A stretch of 64,000 bases of DNA from Haliotis rufescens (lineage: Eukaryota), in assembly GCF_023055435.1 (NCBI RefSeq), contig NW_025964383.1, positions 17,670,001 to 17,734,000 of the forward strand. Direction: 5' to 3'. The notes beneath the pieces were generated by a model, which saw only the letters and a program-made list of their open reading frames with translations, was not told where the DNA came from and did not search any database. Numbering within the stretch: the stretch's first letter is position 1; the number at the start of each line of letters is the position of its first letter. Below are positions 39,186 through 53,379 of the stretch, piece after piece. A program made the position numbers and the translations under genes.

Positions 39186-40902
39186 CAACGGCTCAAAGGG
39201 AGAGTTGAAGTATAAAAAGATGTGCCTCGTTGTCAGGAGATTTCAAGGCAATGTTGAAATATCGAAGCCACTCATTGTGTTCCATAACCACAATATCACT
39301 GGCTTTGAAGGAAGCATTGGAATATAAAGTATCCACATACGGTTGGAAGTCTATGGGTGCAAAGTAAGGGTTGAATGATACACAGTTGATGATCAGTGTC
39401 TAACCGTCACTGGGGCCCAAAGGATATTCAAAATATAAAAGGACATTCGTTCTCACATCATTATATGGTTTAATGGAAGAATTGAAATACTTGTACATTT
39501 GCGAATCTCGTTGCTTGTCATCGGCTCAAAGGGAGAGTTGAAGTATAAAGAGATGTGCCTCGTTGTCAGGGGATTTCAAGGGAGAGTTGAAATATGAATG
39601 AGTTCTTCAGAACAGGTACTTAGCTAGTGCATTAATATGAAGAGTGATCAACAACTGATTATAGGGCCTAAATATATTATATTTAATGCCACTATTCACA
39701 ATTTTAAATGGCCAAAAAATGTCGGACAGCTATAAAACTAACTACTCGAAGTGAATATAAAACAACGCGCGTTAAAGGTTTAGTCATCAGTTTCGACTGG
39801 TATGTATTATCGCTGACATTACATTATTTAAGGCAATGTGCCAAGTCTCGATCTGATGTCAGGAAAACAGGGATAGGATGACATACATCAACCAAGTCAG
39901 CGAGTCTGACCACCTGATCCCGTTAGCCGCCTCTTGCGACAACCACCTGTTACGACAATACTAATGAATACTATCACAGTATGTTTGGAAAATACCGGTA
40001 TATTGTGTTTTTCCAACATCCTGCATATCTTCACACGAGGCGACTAACGGGATCGGGTGGTCAGGCTCGCTGACTTGGTTTATGCATATCATTGTATCCC
40101 AATTGCGTTAATCGATGCTCATGATGTCAATCACTGGATTGTCTTGTCCAGTCTCGATTATTTACAGACCGCCGTCATATAGCTCGAATATTGCTGAGTG
40201 CGGCGTTTAACAACAAACAAACAAACAAAAACACCTGATAGAAAACTTTACACAACAATGTGATGTGTGACAAATCGAATTCAATTATGAAAATAAAGGA
40301 ATCGTTTTCTTTGATCGAAAAGGCGAATTGTTTGGCGACTAGTTTCCTCTATATAATGTGTTTTTACGCATGTTTTGTGACCATAGCAACATCCAACAGA
40401 ATACAAAGATGTAAAAAATGTGCAGGGTTGGGGGGGGGGGGGGGGGGGGGGGTAGTCAACAAATTACTGCTAAAATGCGATATATTGTGGTACATATCGC
40501 AATACATGAATCATTATTGCAATCAAATTGCAATATGAAATTCAGGTCAAGGCCCATCACTGTTGACAACCTATTCTTCTTCGAAATTCCATGGGGATAT
40601 TTAGCAGTAGTCAGTTGGGTGTTCACGCCCCTGTGAAATGTTAATGTCTTACTTGAATGTCTCTCCCTATTGTTCCATCAAATTAAGTCGTTATACAGAT
40701 TTATAGGAAAGTCGAATAATTGTGGGCATATTATTCAGTTTGCTGAATTCCTCATAACCTTTTCAGTTGACAAATGACTTGGAAGGATGATTACTCTTGC
40801 AATTGAAACAAATTGGAAAAATCATTATCTTTTCTGAATACTTCTTATATAAAAACCTGGGATGTTCTGTGACATCGTGCACATCGACTGCATGCTGCCA
40901 GG

Positions 40903-43900
40903 ATGAAGTTTGTGATGTGTGTTGCGGCTGTTCTGCTCTCATATGGTAGGTAACCGTTATACTGTAGCATGTTTCAGTATGTATACATTGCAGACTAACG
41001 AAACGAGTTGCATACCATAAGCATGCCAGCCAGCACATAATGATCGTTAAATTTAAATCCCAGATAAATCGTCATCATAATCCTTACCACGCTACCTCAT
41101 TACACTGGTCTATAACAGAAAACTGTTAAAAGCGGCGTTTAGTATCACATGCAATGATTCCGTCGATGTGGTCACTTTGTGTGGACGCTAGTTGACATAT
41201 ATGTGTTACAACTTGCTGTGTTTCTCGAAAATGCATAATTGTCAACAACTTTTGGTTTGATCTAAAACAATTCTTAACTGATGTACAATATTAATAAGTC
41301 TTTTGGGATGCTTAATAACATCTTTCTCAATAATATTGTAATAGCAGCATACGAGTTGCATACCATAAGCATGCCAGCCAGCACACAGTGATCGTTGATT
41401 TAAATCCCAGATACATCCTCATCATAATCCTCACCACGCTACCTCATTACACTGGTAGAAAACTGTTAAAAGCGGCGTTTAGTATCACATGCAATGATTC
41501 CGTCGATGTGGTCACTTTGTGTGGACGCTAGTTGACATATATGTGTTACAACTTGCTGTGTTTCTCGAAAATGCATAATTGTCAACAACTTTTGGTTTGA
41601 TCTAAAACAATTCTTAACTGATGTACAATATTAATAAGTCTTTTGGGATACTTAATAACATCTTTCTCAATAATATTGTAATAGCAGCAATACGACACAT
41701 TGACATACTTTTATCTTCATATATAAAAAATCCACTACAACAGGGTTTAATCACTAGTTGATATTGATTCATCAACACATGCTCACCATATCGCCGGAAT
41801 CGTACGATATAGACTTATTTTGGAATACGGAAAGGTTTTTGTCGCTTTTATTCAAGCAAAATTGTGCGATTCATACTACATTATATTGAAGTCTTGGTAA
41901 AGACTATTACGGCAATATTACCTTCGCTGACAATTATATCCTTCTCTGTGTGACCTTCCAGTGTCCGGTCTTGAGTGGCCTACGAGGAGAGAGATTGCAC
42001 CAGCTACATCTAGTGCATGTCAGAACGTTTATGCACAAATATCTGGGATCATGGTAAGACCAAGGTTTAGCAATCTTATCCAAGATGGCAGACTGAGCCT
42101 TGATTGCAGGTTAGTATATCGTAATTAGCTAATAAAATATTTTAAAATAATTAATTTTTAAGCTGTTTCCTTTCAGAGAAAGTAATCGTCAACCTCTGAC
42201 GAGTTAGTGAGTGAGTTAAAATTTAACGTCGCATCGGCATTATTCCAGCCATATTGCGGCGAGACCAAGTTAACAAGTTTAGTCGTTATGAAAAGTTACA
42301 TTTAAAAACAATTTATGAAACATATTTGAGCATAACAATATCATGCATACATTTTTAAAACACGGGCTAATGTCCATCGGTAACCAAAGCTAGGCCACCT
42401 CGCTGGGGATCATGAGGACTTACAGTACCTCGGCTTCCTTCATAATACCCCAGCAGGATTTACGTCATCACTTTAGCTACTGATGGTTGTGCATAATACC
42501 AGCCAATCATAAAAAATATTCACCAATTAGTAGGCTTAAAAACACTGGTTGATGATATTTCCTATCATGAAAATCATTCCAAGGTCTAGTCGATGGCTGA
42601 AAAGTTGTTCTAACAAGGATATCAGTCTACTTTCAGTAATTGTGTTTATCGTAACTCTCCCATAGCCTAGAGTGTTATTGATGTCAACTATTGATATTTG
42701 AATTTGCCACCTTTGTACTGCCATGGAGACATGAACAATTGCTATGCATCGTTAGTTCGAGCAACTATTACACTGCAACCATTACACTCGTTAATCCTAA
42801 CCATACAATCCCATACGTATGTGATATGCTTACATAGTAGAAGTCGGGTAAAGTTACAAGAGTCATTTTGTAAATATGACAACTTCTTACTAACTATTAT
42901 TTAATGTGCCATATTGACAAAGCTGTTATTATGTTCACCGAACTACCGCAGCATTGATAATGAAGAGGTTGGCACACATACAAATTAACTGAATTACCAA
43001 CGACCTACATTCTACCTTCAGAATATAATTCGAATGTTAGGCAGAAAGACTTGCAATAAATATTTTCTCTTTCCAGCCAGCAGACATTGACAAAAGCAGA
43101 TGAATGCCAACGATCTGAGTCTGTGAGAAGCACATATTTCAGAGTTGGATATCTGAACATTTCCCTCAATACCTTCTGTAACCACAAACCAGGTATACGC
43201 ATGTCCACCTTTCTAAGAGCAGCTGCTTCTGAAATGTTAGCCCGTGTACCACCTTGAGTGACATGTTGATTCCTTAAATTAATTGACAATGCTATCCAAG
43301 ATTACTACGATTTACTATGGCAGATGTGTTTAACTTTACAAGACCTTCATCAATAACTATCGGATGCTATGTGTTGAATTCATCAAATCTTACAGAAATC
43401 GAGGGAGAGGCGTCATGTTGGACCAGTGAAGAATTGTCGGAGACTGTTGTTTCATGTGCACAACAAGACAGGTAGGGTGACTGTACAAGTGTCCATTGGC
43501 ATCTACTGAATAAATAACTTAAGACAACTTAGTCATGTAGATTAACTATACCTTCTGTACATCTAGATGTCTAGATAAAACATATGGATTGATAGACTAT
43601 ACAATGCGTACGTACATCTTGAATCCGAATTATAGCATACATGGATAGGTGAACTGTTTATTGTGTACATCTACAGGTGAAATGATAAGAGGTGAAATAG
43701 GATTCCCTTTGTCACAAAATGACGGCCGTTCTGCGTTATAGTGTGAAAAACATGCGTTTTCGATCTGCGATCGGTTCCGTCATAAATGCCTGTCTGTGCA
43801 CAGTGTCGTCTGTAGGTTCTGGTGAAGAATAATATTCGAGGAAGAATTCACCTTTCTAAGAATAAATGACGATGAAGACGACAGAAATTGACATTTCAAT

Positions 43901-44962
43901 GCAAGGAGTATTGACCGTAGGTACCGGAAGTTCAGACGATAGATACATTCGGAACGTTTCTGTGCGACTTCAATTACCTCGTATTTCATCACAAGGAATT
44001 AATTCTAACTGACATGTACACAGTGTCGCTGTGTGGATGTGTGACGATATGTGGTGTCTGTACGGACATATGGCCCCTTGAAGTGTCCAATACTTTCATG
44101 AAATGTAGACGACTGCCATGGACAATTCGTAAATGCATTCGTGATGCACGTGAACTTACTGGATCTTTGCAAGACATCAGTCCGGTGTCAGGCATAAACT
44201 TCAGGGCACGTGCGGTAACGCACAATTACCCTATCAAAAGATATCTAAATTGATAATTAGGCCTTTGGAATTTTCAGTAGAATGGCTATACTGACGCTGA
44301 AATTATCCTTCCGATTTGTGGTCCTTCACAGAATAAAATACTCAGTAGCTGGGGTATTGCTGAGTGTGGCGTTAAACAAAGAAATAAATATGGTTATGAT
44401 GAATCTCCTAACTAGTGCATGAAGAGATACTAATTTAATTTGTAGTTACAAAGTGAAATTATGCACGGAGACTGTACAGGTTGCACCTGCATTAATGCTT
44501 CAATTGTGAGTGAATAGAACAACTGGCAAAAAAACACACCACCAACTGATGGACTTTCGTTTGACTTTAAGACCAATATATCAGCTTCCAGCAAGTATCT
44601 AAACAGTGACTTACTGTAGTTGGTTGGTTTGTTTGTTGTTTTACGCCGCACTCAGCAATATTCCAGCTTTATGACGGCGGTCTGTAAATAATCGAGTCAG
44701 AACCAGACAACCCACTGATTGATATCATGAGCATCGATCCACGCAATTGGAATACGATGACATGCATCAACCACGTCAGCGAGCCTGACCACCCGATCCC
44801 GTTAGTCCCCTCTTACGACAAGCATAGTCTCCTTTTACGACAAGCATGGGTTGCTGAAGACCAATTCTACCCCGGATCTTGACGGGGCAGCTCTAACTGT
44901 AAGCAGGTTCCCCAAGTGTGATGGTCCCAGTGTTGGTGTTACTAACAGCATCGACACAATGC

Positions 44963-45019
<57 letters not shown>

Positions 45020-45993
45020 TATGTGAGTGAGTATGCTTTTACGCCACTTTTAGCAATATCCCAGAAATATCACGGCGGGTTGGGTCTAAATATATAAAAT
45101 TTGCACTTATTATACGGCCAAATGTTAAGATGGGTCGGGGGTGTGTGTCCTAGTCGTCTTAGGCGCCGCGATTCGCTGTGCAGAATTGCGTCCCTTGGGC
45201 ACACACGAGACCTACGATTGTGAGTTCGATGATGTTCCTTCGATTATGTTCCTAGGTTGTCAGCACCATAGTATTACCTGAATCACTTTGGGCTTTCACC
45301 AACACTAAGCTGACTTCCCGTGATATAATTGCAATTCTGTTAAAAGTTGCGTTAAACCCAACTCACTCACTCACTAGTGACAAATGCCCTATTGATCAAG
45401 GTATTAAGTATGTCCTGAAGTTGGGATAGTGGTGTACTAAGTTAAACAATGTTCTGACATGATTGAACTTTGTTGTTTTCTGAGAGTAAATAATTCAAGC
45501 CAATCCGCTGAGTTTTAAGATTTCACATGGTCTTAATGCCATTTGTCTGAGATATTTGTGAATATCAAGAAAGACCTTTCCTTCTTAGCATTAAGGGTAA
45601 TGGTAAATCTTTAAAACATGCATTCGGGGGTACATTTGTTGGACCAAGCAAAATATTTCTCTTCGTAGTGGAAACATCATCTAAGACCTGCCTCACTTCC
45701 GGTTTTCCTCCCTTAAGTTGACCTAAATAACAAATTTGCACCTTTATTATTATAATCAAAAAGACACTTGTGACGAGATAATTGCAATATATGAATCAAA
45801 TCTCTCCATTAACGCGAGTGCCATATTTGGCGACAAGATGTACAATATACATGTTATTATTTACTAAATATGTTTATTCTGTTTCAGTCGTGCTTTTGCT
45901 GAGTGTGCTGACCAAAATGTGAGCAATCTCAGAAAGTGCACCAACACCACTGGCGCCATCTTCCGGCAGCTGATTTTGGGTGTTTTTCGTTAG
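40903..45993 (+). CDS. Copy 6: intact 5-exon gene, 162 aa
   Basis: join(40903-40945,41962-42109,43077-43192,43396-43471,45888-45993). Exon 3 QQTLTKADECQRSESVRSTYFRVGYLNISLNTFCNHKP; C-terminus ...LILGVFR*. TATA 40846, AATAAA 46059. Confidence 0.88.
41003..41689 (+). repeat. ~348-nt tandem duplication in intron 1 of copy 6
   Basis: acgagttgcataccataagc...aatattgtaatagcagca occurs from 41003 and again from 41351. Confidence 0.9.
44966..45016. repeat. (TA)n microsatellite expanded in intron 4 of copy 6
   Basis: Direct reading; only a few TA units at this site in other copies. Confidence 0.95.
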
Positions 45994-46567
45994 ACGTATC
46001 CATGCAAACACACCCTCCGATAAAAGTGGAGCAAAACATCATGTTATGTTTGAATCTTAATAAATGAGTCTGAATTTCGACCATCGTTTCTTTAGCATTC
46101 TAGTAGCATGCCTGTGTTTCTGGTACATAGCACTTTTTGTCAAATGTCGACAACGCGAGAATGTGACATTTGGACATGATGCAAAATCTCGCAATCCCGC
46201 AATCTGGACTTGTCAAATTAGGCCACAAAACACGAAATCGCGAGAATGCGACAATTCATTTTCTCGCGTTTTAGACACTGCCCGTGCGCATGCGTAATAT
46301 CATAAGGGTCAAGACGCATGCCAACATCAGAAGTCATGCCTCTTTCATGCTCTTTATTGTCCAAGTAGCATTTAGCAAACTTATGACTTGAGCTTGAAAA
46401 TTCTATGTAATGTTCATACACAAAGTCTTATGTAGTGTATTCAAGTCCGTCTTATTAAGACCATCAACATACTCAGTATAATTTAACAAAAGACAGTGAT
46501 ACCAATACTTTGTATTAGATATTATGTGTTCATTTCGGGAAGATGCGTACATCAGTCAAAGAACACT

Positions 46568-46633
<66 letters not shown>

Positions 46634-48640
46634 ATCATAACAATAAGTCCGACGATTACAAAACTAAACATTAACGCGTGGCACACTTTGGCACCAGATA
46701 TCCATACTTGTTTACTACATATGTATATTCTGCCTACAGGAATGTTTGGTTCGTTGGATCTGGTTTGTTAGATGTATATGCCAATAAACCAGTTTAAAAC
46801 TGTTGGTCCAAAAAAACATGGAACAGGAGGTTTTATTTTACATTAAATATGTCTGCAGCACTACCATCATTTCGTTTATTTATAAATGGTATTGACAGTT
46901 TTATCGTTGTTATCGTCACCTGATTAAATGGTAAAGATGAAAGATATTCAAGACTCACGTCCCAATCAAAGGTTTCAAAGGCAAGCTAGAACAGATTCTG
47001 GTAAGACGTTGTCAAACAGTCAAAGGCAATGTTGAAATATCGAAGCCACTCATTGTGTTCCATAACCACAATATCACTGGCTTTGAAGGAAGCGTTGAAA
47101 TATAAAGTATCCACATACGGTTGGAAGTCTATGGGTGCAAAGTAAGGGTTGAATGATACACAGTTGATGATCAGTGTCTAACCGTCACTGGGGTCCAAAG
47201 GATATTCAAAATATAAAAGGACATTCATTCTCACATCATTATATGGTTTAATGGAAGAATTGAAATACTTGTACATTTGCGAATATCGTTGCTTGTCATC
47301 GGCTCAAAGGGAGAGAGAAGTATAAAAGGATGTGCCTAGTTGTCAGGGGATTTCAAGGGAGAGTTGAAATATGAATGCGTTCTTCAGAACAGGTACTTTT
47401 CACAATTTCAAATAGCCAAAAAATGTCGGACTGCTATAAAACTAACTACTCGAAGTGAATATAAAACAACGCGCGTTGAAGGTTTAGTCATCAGTTTCGA
47501 CTGGTATGTATTATCGCTGACATTACATTATTTAAGGCAATGTGCCAAGTCTCGATCTGATGTCAGGAAAACAGGGATAGGATGACATGCATCAACCGAG
47601 TCAGCGAGTCTGACCACCTGATCCCGTTAGCCGCCTCTTGCGACAACCACCTGTTACGACAATACTAATGAATACTATCACAGTATGTTTGGAAAATACC
47701 GGTATATTGTGTTTTTCCAACATCCTGCATATCTTCACACGAGGCGACTAACGGGATCGGGTGGTCAGGCTCGCTGACTTGGTTTATGCATATCATTGTA
47801 TCCCAATTGCGTGGATCGATGCTCATGATGTCAATCACTGGATTGTCTTGTCCAGTCTCGATTATTTACATACCGCCGTCATACAGCTGGAATATTGCTG
47901 AGTGCGGCGTTTAACAACAAACAAACAAAAACACCTGATAGAAAACTTTACACAAGCATGTGATATGTGACAAATCGAATTCAATTATGAAAATAAAGGA
48001 ACGGTTTTCTTTGATCGAAAAGGCGAATTGTTTGGCGACTAGTTTCCTCTATATAATGTGTCTTTACGCATGTTTTGTGACCATAGCAACATCCAACAGA
48101 ATACAAAGATGTAAAAAATGTGCAGGTTTTTTTGGATGGTGGTGGGTGGGGTGGGGGGGGGTGGGGGGGTGGGGGGGTGGTAGTCATGTTCAACAAATTA
48201 CTGCTAAAATGCGATATATTGTGGTACATATCGCAATACATGAATCATTATTGCAATCAAATTGCAATATGAAATTCAGGTCAAGGCCCATCACTGTTGA
48301 CAACCTATTCTTCTTCGAAATTCCATGGGGATATTTAGCAGTAGTCAGTTGGGTGTTCACGCCCCTGTGAAATGTTAATGTCTCACTTGAATGTCTCGCC
48401 CTGTTGTTCCATCAAATTAAGTCGTTATACAGATTTATAGGAAAGTCGAATAATTGTGGACGTATTATTCAGTTTACTGAATTCCTCGTAACCTTTTCAG
48501 TTGACAAATGACTTGGAAGGATGATTAATTACCCTTGCAATTGAAACAAATTGGAAAAATCATTATCTTTTCTGAATACTTCTTATATAAAAACCTGGGA
48601 TGTTCTGTGACATCGAGCACATCGACTGCATGCTGCCAGG

Positions 48641-51600
48641 ATGAAGTTTGTGATGTGTGTTGCTACTGCTCTCCTCTCATGTGGTAGGTAACCATTATAT
48701 TGTAGCATGTTTCAGTATGTATACATGACAGACTAACGAAACGAATTGCATACCATAAGCATGCCAGCCAGCACATAATGATCGTTGATTTAAATCCCAG
48801 ATACATCCTCATTATAATCCTTACCACGCTACCTCATTACACTGGTATATAACAGAAAACTGTTAAAAGCGGCGTTTAACATTACATGCAATGATTCCGT
48901 CGATGTGGTCACTTTGTGTGGACGCAAGTTGACATATATGTGTCACAACTTACTGTGTTTCTCGAGAATGCATAATTGTCAACAACTTTTGGTTGGATCT
49001 AAAACAATTCTTAACTGATGTACAATATTGATCAATTTACTAAGAAAGAAATTCTTTTGGGATTCTTAATAACATCTTTCTTAATAATATTGTAATAGCA
49101 GCAAAACGGCACATTGACATATGAGTATAAAATGGTTAAAGGCCTGCTACTCCGAATTCATAAAAGTTATTATATTATGTTGTTGTGTTGTGTTGTGTTG
49201 TGTTGTGTGTTGTGTTGTGTTGTGTTGTGTTGTGTTGTGTTGTGTTGTGTTGTGTTGAAGAATGTATTGCCAGAAATAATACAATACATCGCTTCAACGT
49301 GAAATTGGGACTTTTTGCTGATATATTAAATCCCCGTACATAACCACTCATACTTTTATCTTCATATATAATAAATCCACTACAACAGCATTTAATCACT
49401 AGTTGATATGTATTCATCATCACATGCTCGTGAAATCGTCGGAATCGCACAATCGAGACTCTTTTTTTTAATACGGAAAGGTTTTTGTCGCTTTTATTCA
49501 AGTTTCCTATCATGTATTTTACCACCAGCAAAATTGTGCGATACATACTACATTATATTGAAGTCTTGGTAAAGACTATTACGGCACTATTACCTTCGTT
49601 GACAATTATATCCTTCTCTGTGTAACCTTCCAGTGTCCGGTCTTGAGTGGCCTACGAGGAGAGAGATTGTACCGGATACATCTAGTGCATGTCAGAACGT
49701 TTATGCACAAATATTTGGGATCATGTTTAGACCAAGGTTTAGCAATCTTATCGAAGATGGCAGACTGAGCCTTGATTGCAGGTTAGTATCGTAATTCGCT
49801 AATGAAATATTTTTAAACAATAATTGTTAAGCTGTTTCCTTTCAGAGAAAGTAATCGTCAACCTCTGACGAGTGAGTGAGTGAGTTAAAATTAACGTCGC
49901 ATCGGCATTATTCCAGCCATATTGCGACGACACCAAGTTAATAAGTGTACAATTGAGTCATTTATGCAAAGTTACATTTAAAAACAATTTATGAAACATA
50001 TTTGAGCATAACAATATCATGTATACATTTTTAAAACACGGCTAATGGCCACCGGTAACCAAAGCTAGGCCACCTCGCTGGGGATCATGGGGACTTACAC
50101 TACCTCCGTTTCCTGCATGATACCCCAGCACCCATCACTTTAGCTACTGGTGGTTGTGCACGATACTAGCCAATATTAAAAATACTCAGCAATGAGTAGG
50201 CTTAAAAACACTGGTTGATGATATTTCCTATCATGAAAATTATTCCAAGGTGCAGTCGATTGCTACAAAGTTGTTCTAACAAGGAAATCAGTCCACTTTC
50301 AGTAATGATGAATATCGTAACTCTCCCATAGCCTAGAGTGTTATTGATGTCAATTCTTGATATTTGTACTGCCATGGAGACATGAACAATTGCCATGCAT
50401 CGGTAGTTCGAGCAACCATTACACTCGTTAATCCTAACCATACAATCCCATGCGTTTGTTATATGCTACATAGTAGAAGTCGGGTAAAGTTACAAGAGAA
50501 ATTTTGTAAATATGACAACTTCTTACTAACTATTATTTAATGTGCCATATTCATAAAGCGGTTATTATTTTCACCGAACCACAGCAACATTGATAATGAA
50601 GAGGTTGGCACACATACAAATTAACTGAATTACCAACGACTTACATTCTACCTTCAGAATATATTATATTTTCTCTTTGCAGCCAAAAGACGCTGACAAG
50701 AGCAGATGAATGCCAACGATTTTCAGGGTCTGTGAGAAGATCACGTTTCACAAATAAACATCTGAACATTGCCCTCAATACCTTCTGTAACCACAAACCA
50801 GGTATACGCATGTCCACCTTTCTAAGAGCAGCTGCTTCTGAAATGTTAGCCCGTGTACCACCTTGAGTGACATGTTGATTCCTTAAATTAATTGACAATG
50901 CTATCCAAGATTACCACGATTTACTATGGCAGATGTGTTTAACTTTACAAGACCTTCATCAATAACTATCGGATGCTATGTGTTGAATTCATCAAATCTT
51001 ACAGAAATCGAAGGAGAGGCGTCATGTTGGACCAGTGAAGAATTGCCGGACACTGTTGTTTCATGTGCACAACAAGACAGGTAGGGTGACTGTACAAGTG
51101 TCCATTGGCATCTACTGAATAAATAACTTAAGACAACTTAGTCATGTAGATTAACTATACCTTCTGTACATCTAGATGTCTAGATAAAACATATGGATTG
51201 ATAGACTATACAATGCGTACATCTTGAATCCGAATTATAACATACATGGATAGGTGAACTGTTTATTGTGTACATCTACAGGTGAAATCATAAGAGGTGA
51301 AATAGGATTCCCTTTCTCTCAAAATGACGGCCGTTCTGCGTTATATTGTGAAAAACATGCGTTTTCGATCTGCGATCGGTTCCGTCATAAATGCCTGTCT
51401 GTGCAAAGTAGCGTCTGTAACTTCTGGAGAAGAATAATCTTCGAGGAAGAATTCACCTTCTAAGTATAAATGACGATGAAGACGACAGAAAGTGACCTTT
51501 TAATACAAGGAGTATTGGCCGTAGGTACCGGGGATTCAGACGATAAATACATTCGGCACGTATCTGTGTGACTTCAATTACCTCGTATTTCATCACAAGG

Positions 51601-52715
51601 AATTAATTCTAACTGACATGTACACAGTGTCGCTATGTGGATGTGTGACGATATGCGGTGTCTGTACGGACATATGGCCCCTTGAAGTGTCCAATACTTT
51701 CATGAAATGTAGACAACTTCCATGGATCATTTGTAAATGCATTCGTGATGCACGTAAACTTACTGGATTTTTCCAAGACGTCAGTCCGGTGTCATGCATA
51801 AACGTCAGGGCACGTGCGGTAACGCACAATTACCCCATCAAAAGATATCAAAATTGATAATTAGGTCTTTGGAATTTGAAGTAGAATGACTATATGGACG
51901 GTGAAATTATCCTTCCGATTTGTGGTCCTTCACAGAATAATATACTCCATAGCTGGGGTATTGCTGAGTGTGGCGTTAAACAAAGAAATAAATGTCGTTA
52001 TGACGAATCTCCAACTAGTACATGAAGAGATACTAATTAAATTTGTAGTTACAAAGTGAAATTATGCACGGAGACTGTACAGGCTGCACCTGCATTAATG
52101 CTTCAATTGTGGGTGAATAGAACAACTGGCAAAAAACACACCACCAACTGATGAACTTTCGTTTGACTTTAAGACCAATATATCAGCTTCCAGCAAGTAT
52201 GTCAACAGTGACTTACTGTAGTTGGTTGGTTTATTGTTAAACGCCGCACTCAGCAATATTCCAGCTATATGAAGGCGGTCTGTAAATAATCGAGACTGAA
52301 CCAGACAACCCAGTGATTGATATCATGAGCATCGATCCACCAAATTGGAATACGATGACATGCATCAACCAAGTCAGCGAGCCTGACCACCCGATCCCGT
52401 TAGTCCCCTCTTACGACAAGCATAGTCTCCTTTTACGGCAGGCATATTGACCTTAATAACCTTGATTATTATAAAAAAGACACTTGCGATGAGATAATTG
52501 CAATATATGAATCAAATCTCTCCATTAACGCGAGTGCCATATTTGGCAACAAGATGTACAATATACATGTAATTATTTACTAAATATCTTTATTCTGTTT
52601 CAGGCGTGCTTTTGCAATTGCTGAGTGTGCTGACCAAAATGTGAGCAATCTCAGAGAGTGTACCAACACTACTGGCGCCATCTTCCGGCAACTGATTTTG
52701 GATATTTTTCCTTAG
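48641..52715 (+). CDS. Copy 7: intact 5-exon gene, 165 aa, with two in-frame insertions
   Basis: join(48641-48683,49634-49781,50683-50801,51005-51080,52604-52715). +3 nt in exon 3 (QKTLTRADECQRFSGSVRRSRFTNKHLNIALNTFCNHKP) and +6 nt in exon 5 (RAFAIAEC), both preserving frame. TATA 48584, AATAAA 52781. Confidence 0.88.
49178..49257. repeat. (TTGTG)n pentanucleotide microsatellite in intron 1 of copy 7
   Basis: Direct reading; occupies the site of the (ATT)n tract of copies 2, 5, 8 and 9. Confidence 0.95.
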
Positions 52716-53243
52716 ACGTATCCATGCAAACACACCTTCCGATAAAAGTGGAGCAAAACATCATGTTATGTTTGAATCTTAATAAATGAGTCTGAATTTC
52801 GACCATCGTTTCTTTAGCATTCTAGTAGCATGCCTGTGTTTCTGGTACATAGCACTTTTTGTCAAATGTCGACAACACGAGAATGCGACATTTGGACATG
52901 ATGCAAAATCTCGCAATCCCGCAATCTGGACTTGTCAAATTAGGCTACAAAAACACGAAATCGCGAGAATGCGACAATTCATTTTCGCCCACATCAGAAG
53001 TCCTGTTGTCATGCCTCTTTCATGCTCTTTATTGTCCAAGTAGCATTTAGCAAACTTATGACTTGAGCTTGAAAATTCTATGTAATGTTCATACACAAAG
53101 TCTTATGTAGTGTATTCAAGTCCTCTCCCGTTTGTTACAGTCTTATTAAGACCATCAACATACTCAGTATAATTTAACAAAAGACAGTGATACCAATACT
53201 TTGATATTAGATGTTATGTGTTCATTTCGGGAAGATTCGTAGA

Positions 53244-53379
53244 NNNNNNNNNNNNNNNNNNNNNNNNNNNNNNNNNNNNNNNNNNNNNNNNNNNNNNNNN
53301 NNNNNNNNNNNNNNNNNNNNNNNNNNNNNNNNNNNNNNNNNNNNNNNNNNNNNNNNNNNNNNNNNNNNNNNNNNNNNNN
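53244..53379. other. Assembly gap (136 N) at the expected (TAC)n position
   Basis: Flanks match the sequence on either side of (TAC)n in other units. Confidence 0.95.
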
